A stretch of 64,000 nt of DNA, from assembly GCA_963662655.2 (NCBI GenBank), contig CAXXTU010000002.1:2816001-2880000 (forward strand). The letters run 5' to 3'. The notes under the pieces were generated by a model. It saw only the letters and a list, made by a program, of their open reading frames with translations. It did no database searches and was not told where the DNA came from. Source of the stretch: Candidatus Cloacimonadales bacterium (GTDB taxonomy: Bacteria; Cloacimonadota; Cloacimonadia; Cloacimonadales; JAIOQZ01). Numbering within the stretch: the stretch's first letter is position 1; the number at the start of each line of letters is the position of its first letter. Shown here in pieces: positions 49,701 through 59,233 of the stretch. The position numbers and the translations under genes were made by a program.

Positions 49701-51179
49701 CTCGTGGCCATCACACGAATGGAAGATGGGAAATTCATCGACATCAACGATGGCTTCGAGGAAATTACCGGCTGGCGCAAAGACGAGGTTGTCGGATTGA
49801 CGTCAACCGACATCCATTTCTGGGTAGAGCCATCGGATCGTTCGGTGTTTGTCGAAGTGCTGAAATCCGGGCGCCATCTTATCAATCAGGAAGTGACGTT
49901 TCGTCGTAAGGACGGCGCTTTGCGCATGGGACTTTATTCCGCTCTATCGATCAACCTGGCGGAAGAGATGTCTCTACTGTCTGTGATTCAGGACATTACG
50001 GAAATCAAGAAAAACGAAGAAGAGCGGTTGAGGCTCCAGCAGCAACTCTCGCAAGCACAGAAGCTCGAGGCTATCGGAATCCTGGCGGGTGGCGTTGCTC
50101 ACGATTTCAATAATATCCTGGGCGCAATCATTGGGTACGCAGAGTTGGCTTTGGCTGAGATCGAAGATACGAATCCATTGAAGGAGACGTTGAATATCAT
50201 TCTCGACGCTGCTCAGCGTTCCGCCAGTTTGACCCGTCAATTGCTTGCGTTTGCCAGGAAGGAAGTTGTCGAGCCCATTGTCATCGATATCAATAAGGCT
50301 ATCGAAGATATTCTCAAGATGCTGCAACGCCTTATCGGAGAAAACATCGAATTGCGATGGGTGCCAGGCAGGGAATCGCTGAAGGTTATTTTAGATCCTT
50401 CACAACTTGATCAGATTTTGGCTAATCTCTGTGTCAATGCCCGTGATGCGATCGGTGACATTGGGACGATTATCATCGAAACCGAGCTCAAGATCATCGA
50501 TGAGGGGGCGTGCACGTTTCACCCCGAATGCATCCCGGGTGAATATGTTCAGCTTACGGTTAGCGATAATGGAGCAGGCATGGATGCCGATACGTTGGAT
50601 CATGTTTTCGAACCGTTTTTCACCACAAAAGGATTGGGGAGAGGTACGGGACTGGGGCTCTCTACGGTGTACGGGATCATTCGGCAAAACAAGGGATTTG
50701 TAAAAGTATACAGTGAGCCAGGGAAAGGAACCGCTTTCAATGTGTTTTTGCCGCGTGAGGCTGGAGACGCCAAACAGAAACGCAGTGGAAGCAGCAAAAT
50801 CGAAATGAGTCGGGGGGAGACGATTCTGCTTGTCGAGGATGATGAAATCCTGCTGAAGATGACCCAGCTTATGCTGCAAAGGCTTCAATACAATGTTCTT
50901 GTTGCAGCCAATCCCAGCATGGCGCTTCGCATTGTAGCGGAATACTCTGGTGAAATACACATGTTTCTAACGGATGTTGTAATGCCCGAGATGACCGGAA
51001 GGGAGTTAGCCGAAAAACTTCAGGAAATCCGGCCCGGTATCCAGCACCTTTTCATGTCGGGCTATACGGCTGATGTCATTGCTCACCAAGGCGTTCTCAA
51101 CGATGGTGTGAACTTCATACATAAACCGTTTTCGCTTCAACGTCTCTCAGATAAAATCAAATCGATTCTGGAGAGATAA
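46782..51179 (+). CDS. Membrane hybrid sensor kinase: periplasmic SBP_bac_3 domain, multiple PAS, HisKA, HATPase, receiver
   Basis: LTIEERSWL, DFPPIEF, GQVDAY, TM, LAGGVAHDFNN, GTGLGL, TDVVMP. Confidence 0.95.
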   Translation: MEIYKSGKSKWRHLVYLLGFVFVFLSITRLVADTASKVALTIEERSWLDQNPEKLILWFNTDFPPIEFVDETGHFLGMGADVIALVEQQLGIRFIKQASSNWNEHLAALKSGECAVAPAIVATPEREKYAQFTAPYASSSLVIIAANSVNHELKLSRLGGLRIAVVSGFASEGYLQEHAQQDFDLIPMPDVAHALRATSFGQVDAYVENMAVAAYFIQKEGIPNLRVAGETPYRFAWRIGISRQYPLLASAIVKAVSAIPAEKLENARGKWIAFNGQRRLSPETARLLILILIFVVLLVLGLLVISFILKKQLKEKIAGLEDARNKILEQTEFIRFATETTQAGFWDVQLKEGVIFFSKQWFNMLGYDQEGELLKLESIREFVHPDDLSKVTNRFGENAVTDNLGFSEVEIRLKKADGSWCWILSKEKPVTVDENGEASRIIGLDINIQKLKEAQEEVRQSEMKFRTIFDSAPYAIVINDFETGLVVEANQVFISTNHIESLDELHRLPSRGLSSMGKTEAERVMKQLSETGRIDSYETETIHKDGSHRQIVFSSSLIEYAGRKQIISIILDITEQKKAEDELRLSEERFKELFISAPIPLVLLTTDGKIVSLNNAMIHTFGYLLEDIPDLDHWWSHAYPDPEYRNQVRTAWEGHVRKAMADNTPVKPQEYRVVSKNGRRLRVRFNTSIMGDLVIISLYEITDIREKEAALQETMERLRATLNATSDGILVVDTDMKIVQSNQQFYQMWHVPPELQATDDDMAIRQYVKDQLVDPWDFFNKTVELYASRSHEMFEILFKDGRVFECNSAQMFVAGEVTGRVWDFRDITERKKAEDAINFERKKLKSIFSAMNDVILICDVQGNLIEIVKTKADLIQKSFGDVHGKNPWDIFPHDKASELMRAMENSITLNIPVSLDFSVRIGDQAFWFAATVSPMPPDRVVWVARDITSRRLAVEQLEQSEERFSKIFAMAPNLVAITRMEDGKFIDINDGFEEITGWRKDEVVGLTSTDIHFWVEPSDRSVFVEVLKSGRHLINQEVTFRRKDGALRMGLYSALSINLAEEMSLLSVIQDITEIKKNEEERLRLQQQLSQAQKLEAIGILAGGVAHDFNNILGAIIGYAELALAEIEDTNPLKETLNIILDAAQRSASLTRQLLAFARKEVVEPIVIDINKAIEDILKMLQRLIGENIELRWVPGRESLKVILDPSQLDQILANLCVNARDAIGDIGTIIIETELKIIDEGACTFHPECIPGEYVQLTVSDNGAGMDADTLDHVFEPFFTTKGLGRGTGLGLSTVYGIIRQNKGFVKVYSEPGKGTAFNVFLPREAGDAKQKRSGSSKIEMSRGETILLVEDDEILLKMTQLMLQRLQYNVLVAANPSMALRIVAEYSGEIHMFLTDVVMPEMTGRELAEKLQEIRPGIQHLFMSGYTADVIAHQGVLNDGVNFIHKPFSLQRLSDKIKSILER

Positions 51180-51195
51180 TACATAAGGAATATAC

Positions 51196-51291
51196 ATGGC
51201 ACGTGTTTTGATCGGCGATGATTCTCGCTTCATGATCAGGCCATTTTGGAATTCTAAAAATACCATCCAGATGTTGTTACGCTTGATATAA
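51196..51291 (+). pseudogene. Truncated CheY-like response regulator remnant
   Basis: AAGGA RBS then MARVLIGDDSRFM (receiver beta1/acidic pocket), then loses frame. Confidence 0.5.
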
Positions 51292-51302
51292 ATACGCCGC
51301 GT

Positions 51303-51518
51303 CTCGACGGTAAGGATGCCGCGGTAAGGCTGGAGATTTTCAACATCCGAGGTCAGCTCGTGAAAACGCTGATGGACGAGCCAATGCACAGAGGCGAACA
51401 CAGCGTCCTCTGGCAAGGTGACGACGATACCGGAAAGCCTGTTTCCAGCGGTGTTTACCTGTACAGGATGGCAGCAGGAGATATGGACAGGACTCAGAAG
51501 ATGGTATTGATGAAATGA
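51303..51518 (+). pseudogene. Orphan FlgD/T9SS-type CTD remnant
   Basis: VRLEIFNIRGQLVKTL...HSVLWQGDDDTGKPVSSGVYLYRM...QKMVLMK*. Confidence 0.8.
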
Positions 51519-51658
51519 CGAAAAATCGTCACGATCAATTTGTTTCGTTAAACACAAGTAATAGCTTGACAGCCTTTTGTTTGTATTTAATATGGTGTTG
51601 GATGAAAAAGATATAAATTCAATCCCAACGCTTTTCGGAAGACCCACGAGGAGGCAAT

Positions 51659-52732
51659 ATGAAATGGTTGAATATTTTACTGATTTTTGTAAGTATTCTT
51701 CTTGTTATCCTCAATGTATCGATTGGCTGTAGTAAATCATCTCCACCTCCTGAAAAACTAAGCTCGACAGCGAGCGCCGAAGAACCTGTCGAATATCCGG
51801 ATGAAAGTCAGGCTGGGGAAATTGAGGATATTGGTGAATATCTTGAAAATAGTGCCTCGCCCGAGGATGAAAATAGCATTAGCTCGAGCCTGGAAATGAA
51901 TGCGGTTGAACAAAGCCAAGCTTTCGAGGATTATTCGATGGATCGTCAGGCTGCACCTGGTGTTATGCAATCAATTCCAGAACCTGAGCTACGCTCATCG
52001 CCATTTCCGGATATTGCCAGAGACGTAATCGATGACGATAACAGACAGCAGAGAGAGCAGCTTGAGAGAACCGAGAATGCGACACATAATGAAGACCGTG
52101 AGCCCCACAACTGGTATGATGCATTCTGCGCTAACTACGATGTCAGCCTGATTGCGGAAAAAACCATGATTGTCGAGGAGGAATACGTCGTGAAGTGCGA
52201 AATTGCACCAGAGGGAAAGGGCTCCCAGGAAGAACCGTCTCAGGGACAGGTATATGGCACGACGCAAATACCTGCGAGCTGGTCAAATATAAAAGCGGAA
52301 TTGATGGCTCCCGGATTCAAATTCCATGACGAGGGCCAAAAGATTCAATGCGTCAATGTGAGGGATGTAGCTCAGACGCTTTGCTGGACCATTTCTCCGC
52401 AATACGAGGGACGAAAAAAACTTACCGTGCAAATTACGCAATACTCGAACAATGAAGCGATGTTCCCAAACTCGAACGTGACCGATTCGCTCTCGGTGCT
52501 TGTTGAGACCAAGCCTGAACCAGCGGTGTGGCAAGAAATTGTTACGATGCTCAGAAAACATTTTCTAACATTCGCCGGTGTGGCGATAGCGGTGTTTTTC
52601 GGTACCCTGGGCTTCGTATGCAGGAAGCTCCTGTTCAGGTGTGCGATCTGGTTGCTACACAAGTGCGGAATAAAAAAGGTATCCGAATCGGACATCGCAA
52701 ACAGCATTGATCAGAACGATAATGATGAGTGA
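51659..52732 (+). CDS. Hypothetical membrane/lipoprotein with acidic linker, Ig-like domain and C-terminal TM
   Basis: GAGG RBS, hydrophobic N-terminus ending SIGC, W.ISP...G...L.V segment, TM near end. Confidence 0.6.
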   Translation: MKWLNILLIFVSILLVILNVSIGCSKSSPPPEKLSSTASAEEPVEYPDESQAGEIEDIGEYLENSASPEDENSISSSLEMNAVEQSQAFEDYSMDRQAAPGVMQSIPEPELRSSPFPDIARDVIDDDNRQQREQLERTENATHNEDREPHNWYDAFCANYDVSLIAEKTMIVEEEYVVKCEIAPEGKGSQEEPSQGQVYGTTQIPASWSNIKAELMAPGFKFHDEGQKIQCVNVRDVAQTLCWTISPQYEGRKKLTVQITQYSNNEAMFPNSNVTDSLSVLVETKPEPAVWQEIVTMLRKHFLTFAGVAIAVFFGTLGFVCRKLLFRCAIWLLHKCGIKKVSESDIANSIDQNDNDE

Positions 52733-53339
52733 AGAATTGGGAGACATGGGAATCCAGAAAGAAGCTGTCAGACTACAGTACGTATTCACAACCTCACGCC
52801 TTCGAGTGCGTCTGGCGGTGCCGGATAGCCGGGATTTAGATTTCTTGTGCAACCTCTGGAACGATCCGCGCGTGATGCGTTTCGTCGGATTCCCACAGGG
52901 ACTTGACATCACTTCCGGGCAGCTCGAGGAGCAACTTACCGTCGATCGCGAGGATCCATTTGATCGAGTCCTGATGGTTGAGATGAAAGGAACCGGTGAG
53001 GTAATCGGGCAGTGCAAGCTGGGATCGAGCAATCAGGAAGGCGTTGCGCATACGGATGTAAAGCTGAAGCCCGAATTCCAGGGGAGAGGCTACGGCACGG
53101 AGATCAAGCAGGCCCTTCTGGATTACCAGTTTACGCATACCGATTGCGTCGCCGTGGAGGGATCGCCAAACAAAATGAACGCTGCCTCCATCAGGATGCA
53201 GGAGAAAGTGGGCGGTGTTGTCGTGAAGGAGGGTGTCTTCAAGGCCCCGGAGGAATGCGCCGTTCCCAGGTGCGATGTACCGTATTTTCTGTACCATGTT
53301 ACACGGGAAGCATGGTTGTCAGTAATTTGTAACAAGTAA
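52722..53339 (+). CDS. GNAT (RimJ/RimL-type) N-acetyltransferase; start may be 52746
   Basis: TSRLRVR, WNDPRVMRF, PEFQGRGYGTE, NAASIRMQEKVG. Confidence 0.85.
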   Translation: MMSEELGDMGIQKEAVRLQYVFTTSRLRVRLAVPDSRDLDFLCNLWNDPRVMRFVGFPQGLDITSGQLEEQLTVDREDPFDRVLMVEMKGTGEVIGQCKLGSSNQEGVAHTDVKLKPEFQGRGYGTEIKQALLDYQFTHTDCVAVEGSPNKMNAASIRMQEKVGGVVVKEGVFKAPEECAVPRCDVPYFLYHVTREAWLSVICNK

Positions 53340-53446
53340 TTCACTACACCATTCAATACAGTATAATTAGCGCCATTAAAGAATTAAATTGAAAAAAAAG
53401 TCTATGTGAGACAAAGTTAATTTATCAATATTTAGGGGAGGCGTTA

Positions 53447-54892
53447 ATGCGGATATCAATCATTTCAATCATCGTACTGGCTTGTGTACAGTTGTCGGCG
53501 TCAAGCAGTCTGCCGACACTTATTCAACGTTTCGAGCGCGGAGACTGGGGTTACCAGGAGATTGAGGTAAATCTCGGTAGCATGTATGAACAAGCAAACA
53601 ACAATTACAATTATCCAGAACCCAACACCAACTATCCCAGCAATAATGGTTTCGTAAGTGATGAAAGCATTAGAGAGACTACTGATTACGGGTATAACGC
53701 CTCCTTCGGCTACAATCGAGTGAGAGAAAGCGAAAAGACCTGCTATGATTTCTCCATCAAACCAAGGTTCATGTGGACACGCTCTAACTGGGAATACCGT
53801 AATTACACCGATGAAAATGGAAATACCGCTTTGGATCATGAAAATTACGAGCGCATGGATGAGCTTGGCGCGGACATTGAGTTCGATTCCCAGCAATACA
53901 TAGCCGATGACTTTTTCCTTTCAGCGGATACTGAATTGTCCGGCTACAGTTCAAACTACAAGAGTCAAGATGATTCAGGAGACATCAACGAGATTTCGGG
54001 TGGGTATATGGATATAGATATGAGACTTGGAGTAGGATATGGGCGAGTTCACGATGTGACAAATCTGGTCCGCGCAAAGCGCATGGCCGGCCTTCTTTCG
54101 AATCGTCACGGCATCGAATTGAGCGATGAACAGATTCTGCTCCTTGCGCAGTATCTCGATAGCCAGACAGCCTATACGTCCGTGTTCGACTGGTTTGACA
54201 ACGCATCCGATTCGAGCTTCTGGCGCGATGCGATGTCTGCGCTTGGCTTGCAGCTCACATACGATCAGTTTCTCGACATGACCCGTGAAGCACGAGAGGG
54301 TACCCTTTTGCGGCGAAGACAGGGCTACTCTTATGAGTTCGGGATTTTGCTTGGGCATGAGCAATCTGAACGCGAGAAAAAGTTTTCTGATTCCTATTCC
54401 CGGGATAAGGAAAACTTTGAATCCGAAATGATCAGACGCGGATTCTACGGTGAAATCGGCTACTGGATTAACACTTCGGTGCGTGACCAGATCAGCTTCT
54501 CATTTCCTGTTAGTCTGACTCTTTCGAACTACGAATCTACGCGGGAATCTGATGATAATCCCAAATACGATTATGACTTCGATTTCATACTGCTTTCAAT
54601 CACTCCGGGCATTGCGTACCTGATTCAAGTGACCGACCGGATCGGTTGCGAACTCCAGGCGAATGCGCAGTTCCATGTCTTTGACCGGGATGTCAAGTAC
54701 AGCTACCTGAGTTATGATTTCGGGGCAGAACTGACAAGCTATCTCAGCGAATCCACAAGACTTGTTTTCAACGCGGGTTACGAGCGCACAAACTACTACG
54801 ATCACGAAGCGATTGAAAACGGCGGAAGAGTCCATGATCGCTGGCTGATGAACCTGCAAGTTCAGTGGCGACCGTTCTCCTCGATGTTTTAA
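53447..54892 (+). CDS. Exported hypothetical protein, probable outer-membrane beta-barrel
   Basis: Signal peptide, G.GYGRV.DVT motif, Tyr/Phe-rich strands, terminal F. Confidence 0.6.
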   Translation: MRISIISIIVLACVQLSASSSLPTLIQRFERGDWGYQEIEVNLGSMYEQANNNYNYPEPNTNYPSNNGFVSDESIRETTDYGYNASFGYNRVRESEKTCYDFSIKPRFMWTRSNWEYRNYTDENGNTALDHENYERMDELGADIEFDSQQYIADDFFLSADTELSGYSSNYKSQDDSGDINEISGGYMDIDMRLGVGYGRVHDVTNLVRAKRMAGLLSNRHGIELSDEQILLLAQYLDSQTAYTSVFDWFDNASDSSFWRDAMSALGLQLTYDQFLDMTREAREGTLLRRRQGYSYEFGILLGHEQSEREKKFSDSYSRDKENFESEMIRRGFYGEIGYWINTSVRDQISFSFPVSLTLSNYESTRESDDNPKYDYDFDFILLSITPGIAYLIQVTDRIGCELQANAQFHVFDRDVKYSYLSYDFGAELTSYLSESTRLVFNAGYERTNYYDHEAIENGGRVHDRWLMNLQVQWRPFSSMF

Positions 54893-54913
54893 AAGAAGGA
54901 ATCTCTCAAGGAT

Positions 54914-54952
54914 TGCGCCTTTCCAGGTGGGGTGGAGAGGCGCAGTATTTTT
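54914..54952 (+). terminator. Probable intrinsic terminator
   Basis: TGCGCCTTTCCA-loop-TGGAGAGGCGCA then GTATTTTT. Confidence 0.55.
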
Positions 54953-54956
54953 CGCG

Positions 54957-55005
54957 CCACGTTGCACGGGAAGCATGGTTGTCCGGAACTCGTAACAAGC
55001 AATTC
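54957..55005 (+). repeat. Direct repeat of the GNAT 3' end (53294..53342)
   Basis: 42/49 identical by manual alignment. Confidence 0.8.
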
Positions 55006-55119
55006 TGAAAACCTTATCGTTTCATTCCACGGAACTTTACGAAAATATTAATTGCCACATTATCGACTTTTCTGAAATTTTACCCAATAATGTGCGTTAT
55101 ATACTCTGAAGGGGGTTTA

Positions 55120-58100
55120 ATGTCTCCAAAAACATATTGGATAATGCTATTTCTGCTGCTCTCTACCCTTGCCTGGGGAATGCCGCCTCACCCCGGAAAG
55201 CAGGATACCTCCGCGTATCCGGAGGTGAAGATCATGCGCAGGGGCGCGACGGTCAGCAAGACGCGAGTGGACGCAATCCCGCAAACCGTTTTGGCGATCA
55301 TGGTGGAATTTGCAGACGTGAAGTTCGACGAAGTCGCGGACGAGCCGGATAATCTGGCGCACGATTCAACGTTTGTCGATGCCGGAATGCGACATTTGCA
55401 GGAGTTCTGGCAGGACGCCTCTCATGGAAATTACATCTTCGATTACGACGTGTACGATCGCGTTGTTCTCTCGAAGAACATGACTTACTACGGCGACGAC
55501 GACTATCGCGAGCGGATCGTGGAAATGGTAGAGGAAACGGTCGACCTGATCGATCCGGTTATCGATTTCAATAACTACGACGCCTACATCATCTTCCATG
55601 CGGGAGCGGGACAGGAATCCGATCTTCACGATTCGAATCCCGGAACGATCTGGAGTACGTTCGTGAATTACTGGGACATGAAGGAAGTGTACGATCCGGA
55701 CGACGAGAACCCGGACTTCATGGGGATTCCAACGCAAGACGGCCCCTATATGACCGAAGTCTCCATCGTGCCTGAGAGTCAGCGCCACTCCGATTTTACA
55801 CCGGATGATCCCATCCTGGGGCTGCTGGGCGTGCTCGCCCACGAGTTCGGGCATCAATTGGGGCTACCGACGCTGTACGACAACTATTCGAGCAACGGAA
55901 GATCCTCCGGTATCGGTAATTTCGGCGTAATGGGTACCGGCGCCTGGAACGCGCTTGGATACGTACCGCCAATGCCTTGCGCCTGGAGCAGAGCGTATCT
56001 GGGCTGGGAGAATGTAATCGAGATCAATGAGAATTTCCAGAACGCCGAGATCGATTACGTCCTCTCCGACGACGCGACCACCACGAAGGTTTATAAAGTC
56101 CCGATTACCGATAAAGAGTACTTCCTGCTGGAAAACAGGCAGCAAAACCCCGATGGAAGCACATCGCAAGCAACCGGCGAACCCAGCTTCACTTTCGCGC
56201 TCCTCGATGAGGGACAGGAATACTATCCCGAGGGACACGACAACGCGGGTGATCCGCGGTTCAACTGGGTTAAAAACTCCTACCTGGGTTGCGAGTGGGA
56301 CTTCTATCTTCCCGGATACGGCGGACCGGAGGTTCCCGTTCAGGACGGAAACGATGTCGAAGACAGGATCATCGACGGCTCGGGAATTCTCATCTGGCAC
56401 ATCGACGAATATGTCATCGATGAATGTTTCACGCCGGATTTCGAGTACAACTGCATCAACGCCACGGCGAAGCACAAGGGCGTCGACCTCGAGGAAGCCG
56501 ACGGCGTTCAGCACATGGATTCCTATTACCCGGACGTCTGTCGCAGCGGTTCTCCTCGAGACGCCTATCGTGAAGGGAACAACAGCTATTTCGGTATGAG
56601 TGTCAATCCCGACAACGGAATGCAGTGGCTTCCGACGGCGGAAAGCTATTACGGGGGAACGCCCGTGGAAATCACCGATATCGGCCCGTCTGGCCTGGTG
56701 ATGGAATTCTCGGCAGTATTCGAGTGGAATCTCGATGCCGGATACGCCGGAACAAATCCTTTCCCCGCGCTCGTGGACGACTTCGACGAGGACGGCGTAC
56801 AGGAAATCTTCTACCCGATGCCCAATGGCGAACTGCACTTCTGGCGTGGCGACGAACCGCTCGTCGAAGGCGGTTTCCCCGAGAACATATTCCTCCAGGG
56901 CTCCATCGAGCAAATGTACGCTTACGACGAAGAGACAGACACCTTCCTGATTCCATGCAAGCAGGAAACGGGGTTCGCTTTCTCCTATATTTTCACGCCG
57001 AGAGACTCGACGTTTTTCAAACTCGAAACGTTCATGAATAAGTCATGGGCATGTCCTCCTGTCATTTTGCCCACTTCGGTGAACGGGTACAAGGCCCTGC
57101 TGCCTCTGCACAACGACACCGCATCCGAGATTGCGGTTCTGGACGAGAACTGGAATGTAGCCGTGACATGGCAGGAAGACGATTCGTTACGTACAAACCT
57201 GATCTACAATCAACACGATGAAGCGATTTATTCGTTCTATTGCTCCGGCGTGAACCAGTGGGTATTGCGAAAGCGTCCCTTGAACGACCCATTCAACCCA
57301 ACGGATAAAATTATCGGCGGTCTTTCAGATGTGGAAGCGCTGCCGTATATTTTGAGCGCCGATATCGATTACGATAACGCCGGAGACGAGATTATTCTCC
57401 TGAGTTCGGATCATCGCTTGTTTCTTCTTGACGAAAATGGGAATATCCTGCCAGATTTCCCATTGGCTTTGCCGGATGCGGCTTATGGCTGTCCATCCGT
57501 TTCAGACGTCGATGCCAACGGTACGCTGGACATCGTGATCGGATCCGAAAACTTCATCGTGATCGCGGGTTACAACGGAGAAATCCTCAACGCCCCGATC
57601 AAAGCGATCGAGCTGGCGGACACGCTGGGTGTTGCCGGTGGAGCGCTGGCGTTGAACCTCGATTCGGATAGCGGCCTCGAGATTCTCAGCACGGCTTCGT
57701 TGAATCGATTCTGTATCTGGAACGATCACTACTCGCTGGACGAGTATTCGAGATACAGCTCTCTGAGCAGGAATTATCCGGTTCCGGTTTCGAATGGAGA
57801 TGGCGGTATCAATGTCTATGTCCCTTCGGATTACGGTAAGATTTTCCGCTACGAGATTCCCGAAGCGGACGATAGCGTGCTGGACGCGATCTACTGGGAC
57901 AGCCCTTACGGTAACGCCTGCCGCACGGCAAGCTGGATTGGTCCGGAAGTTACCGCGCCTCCCGTTTCGAAGGGTGTTTTTGTGAGCGGAGAGGTGTACG
58001 TGTTTCCCAATCCGATCAGCGAGGTTTATCGCGACGATCTGACGTTCAACGTGAAAGTGAAGAAGGACGTCGAGGTCAAGGTTGGCGTCTATGATATCGC

Positions 58101-58260
58101 CGGTAACCTCGTGTGGGAACACAAGGCGGTATGCGATGCCAATATGCCGAACCGCGATAAATTCCGTATGGACACATCCAGGTTTTCGTCGGGATTGTAC
58201 TTCATCATGATGAGGGCGGGTGGCGAAACCAAGAAGCTGAAATTTGGAATAGAAAGATGA
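55120..58260 (+). CDS. Secreted M6 (immune inhibitor A-like) metalloprotease with FG-GAP-like repeats and CTD
   Basis: Signal peptide MPPHP, FHAGAGQE, AHEFGHQLGLP.LY, MGTG.W, EYFLLENRQ, VFPNP...SSGLY. Confidence 0.9.
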   Translation: MSPKTYWIMLFLLLSTLAWGMPPHPGKQDTSAYPEVKIMRRGATVSKTRVDAIPQTVLAIMVEFADVKFDEVADEPDNLAHDSTFVDAGMRHLQEFWQDASHGNYIFDYDVYDRVVLSKNMTYYGDDDYRERIVEMVEETVDLIDPVIDFNNYDAYIIFHAGAGQESDLHDSNPGTIWSTFVNYWDMKEVYDPDDENPDFMGIPTQDGPYMTEVSIVPESQRHSDFTPDDPILGLLGVLAHEFGHQLGLPTLYDNYSSNGRSSGIGNFGVMGTGAWNALGYVPPMPCAWSRAYLGWENVIEINENFQNAEIDYVLSDDATTTKVYKVPITDKEYFLLENRQQNPDGSTSQATGEPSFTFALLDEGQEYYPEGHDNAGDPRFNWVKNSYLGCEWDFYLPGYGGPEVPVQDGNDVEDRIIDGSGILIWHIDEYVIDECFTPDFEYNCINATAKHKGVDLEEADGVQHMDSYYPDVCRSGSPRDAYREGNNSYFGMSVNPDNGMQWLPTAESYYGGTPVEITDIGPSGLVMEFSAVFEWNLDAGYAGTNPFPALVDDFDEDGVQEIFYPMPNGELHFWRGDEPLVEGGFPENIFLQGSIEQMYAYDEETDTFLIPCKQETGFAFSYIFTPRDSTFFKLETFMNKSWACPPVILPTSVNGYKALLPLHNDTASEIAVLDENWNVAVTWQEDDSLRTNLIYNQHDEAIYSFYCSGVNQWVLRKRPLNDPFNPTDKIIGGLSDVEALPYILSADIDYDNAGDEIILLSSDHRLFLLDENGNILPDFPLALPDAAYGCPSVSDVDANGTLDIVIGSENFIVIAGYNGEILNAPIKAIELADTLGVAGGALALNLDSDSGLEILSTASLNRFCIWNDHYSLDEYSRYSSLSRNYPVPVSNGDGGINVYVPSDYGKIFRYEIPEADDSVLDAIYWDSPYGNACRTASWIGPEVTAPPVSKGVFVSGEVYVFPNPISEVYRDDLTFNVKVKKDVEVKVGVYDIAGNLVWEHKAVCDANMPNRDKFRMDTSRFSSGLYFIMMRAGGETKKLKFGIER

Positions 58261-58295
58261 CAGACGTGAAAAAGGATTATACCATGGGAGGTTCC

Positions 58296-59204
58296 ATGAG
58301 GAAATATATTTTACTGGGAATCGTGCTGATTGCGCTGGTTTCCCTCTATGCTCAGAAGGTCGATGGAAAATCGAGTGAATACGGTTTTCAGATGTTGAAG
58401 ATTCCCACCAGTGTCGCCGTTGCTGGAACCGGCGGAACCGGCGCGTTCTACGCCGAAGACGCCTTTGCGGTGAAAGCGCATCCCACCGCCGGTGTCGTGA
58501 ACCGGACTGAAAGCGTCTCGTTGAATTCCACCCAATGGCTGTTCGATACGCAACTGGTGAACCTGGGAATCAGCCACTCTTCCGGGAAATCTTCACTCGG
58601 GCTCATGATGCGTTACCTCGACTACGGCGATTTCGAGAATCGCGACGATCAGGCCACGCTGACCGGCGAGTACCACCCGATGGACCTGGATATCATGGTC
58701 AACTACGGGTATCGCGTCCATCCCGACCATTTCGTTGGCGTAAATATCAGCTTGCTGTATGAAAAAATCAATACGGCCTCCTGCTACGGCGTCTCGGGCG
58801 ACCTCGGTTATACATGGCTCACACCGTTCAAGGGACTTAAAGCCTACGCCACGATCAAAAACATTGGAACGACTTCCGAGATGTCTTCCGAGAAGATCGA
58901 AATCCCGATGGGCTACGAACTCGGTTTCGCCAAGGATTTCAGTCTGCCGAGCGTAACCTTGCAGGGCGATATGCGCATGATCAAGTACGAAGACGACGAC
59001 AACATGAAGATGAACCTTGGCGTTGCGGCGATCATGATGGACATCATCCGGCTGCGCGCCGGGTACAAAATCAACTATGACATTGAAGATGTTTCCGCCG
59101 GTATCGGCATCCACTGGAAGAGCTTGGGAGTCGATTATACCTGGATTCCGATCAAGGAAGAGATCGGCGACGTCCACATGATAGGATTGACATACGATTT
59201 TTAG
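58296..59204 (+). CDS. PorV-like outer-membrane beta-barrel (T9SS shuttle family)
   Basis: GGAGG RBS, GFQMLKIPTS..AG.GG, HP.A, YLDYG, LRAGY, ends GLTYDF; start could be 58257. Confidence 0.8.
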   Translation: MRKYILLGIVLIALVSLYAQKVDGKSSEYGFQMLKIPTSVAVAGTGGTGAFYAEDAFAVKAHPTAGVVNRTESVSLNSTQWLFDTQLVNLGISHSSGKSSLGLMMRYLDYGDFENRDDQATLTGEYHPMDLDIMVNYGYRVHPDHFVGVNISLLYEKINTASCYGVSGDLGYTWLTPFKGLKAYATIKNIGTTSEMSSEKIEIPMGYELGFAKDFSLPSVTLQGDMRMIKYEDDDNMKMNLGVAAIMMDIIRLRAGYKINYDIEDVSAGIGIHWKSLGVDYTWIPIKEEIGDVHMIGLTYDF

Positions 59205-59233
59205 AAAATAACAGGCATTTATAAGGAGATTTC

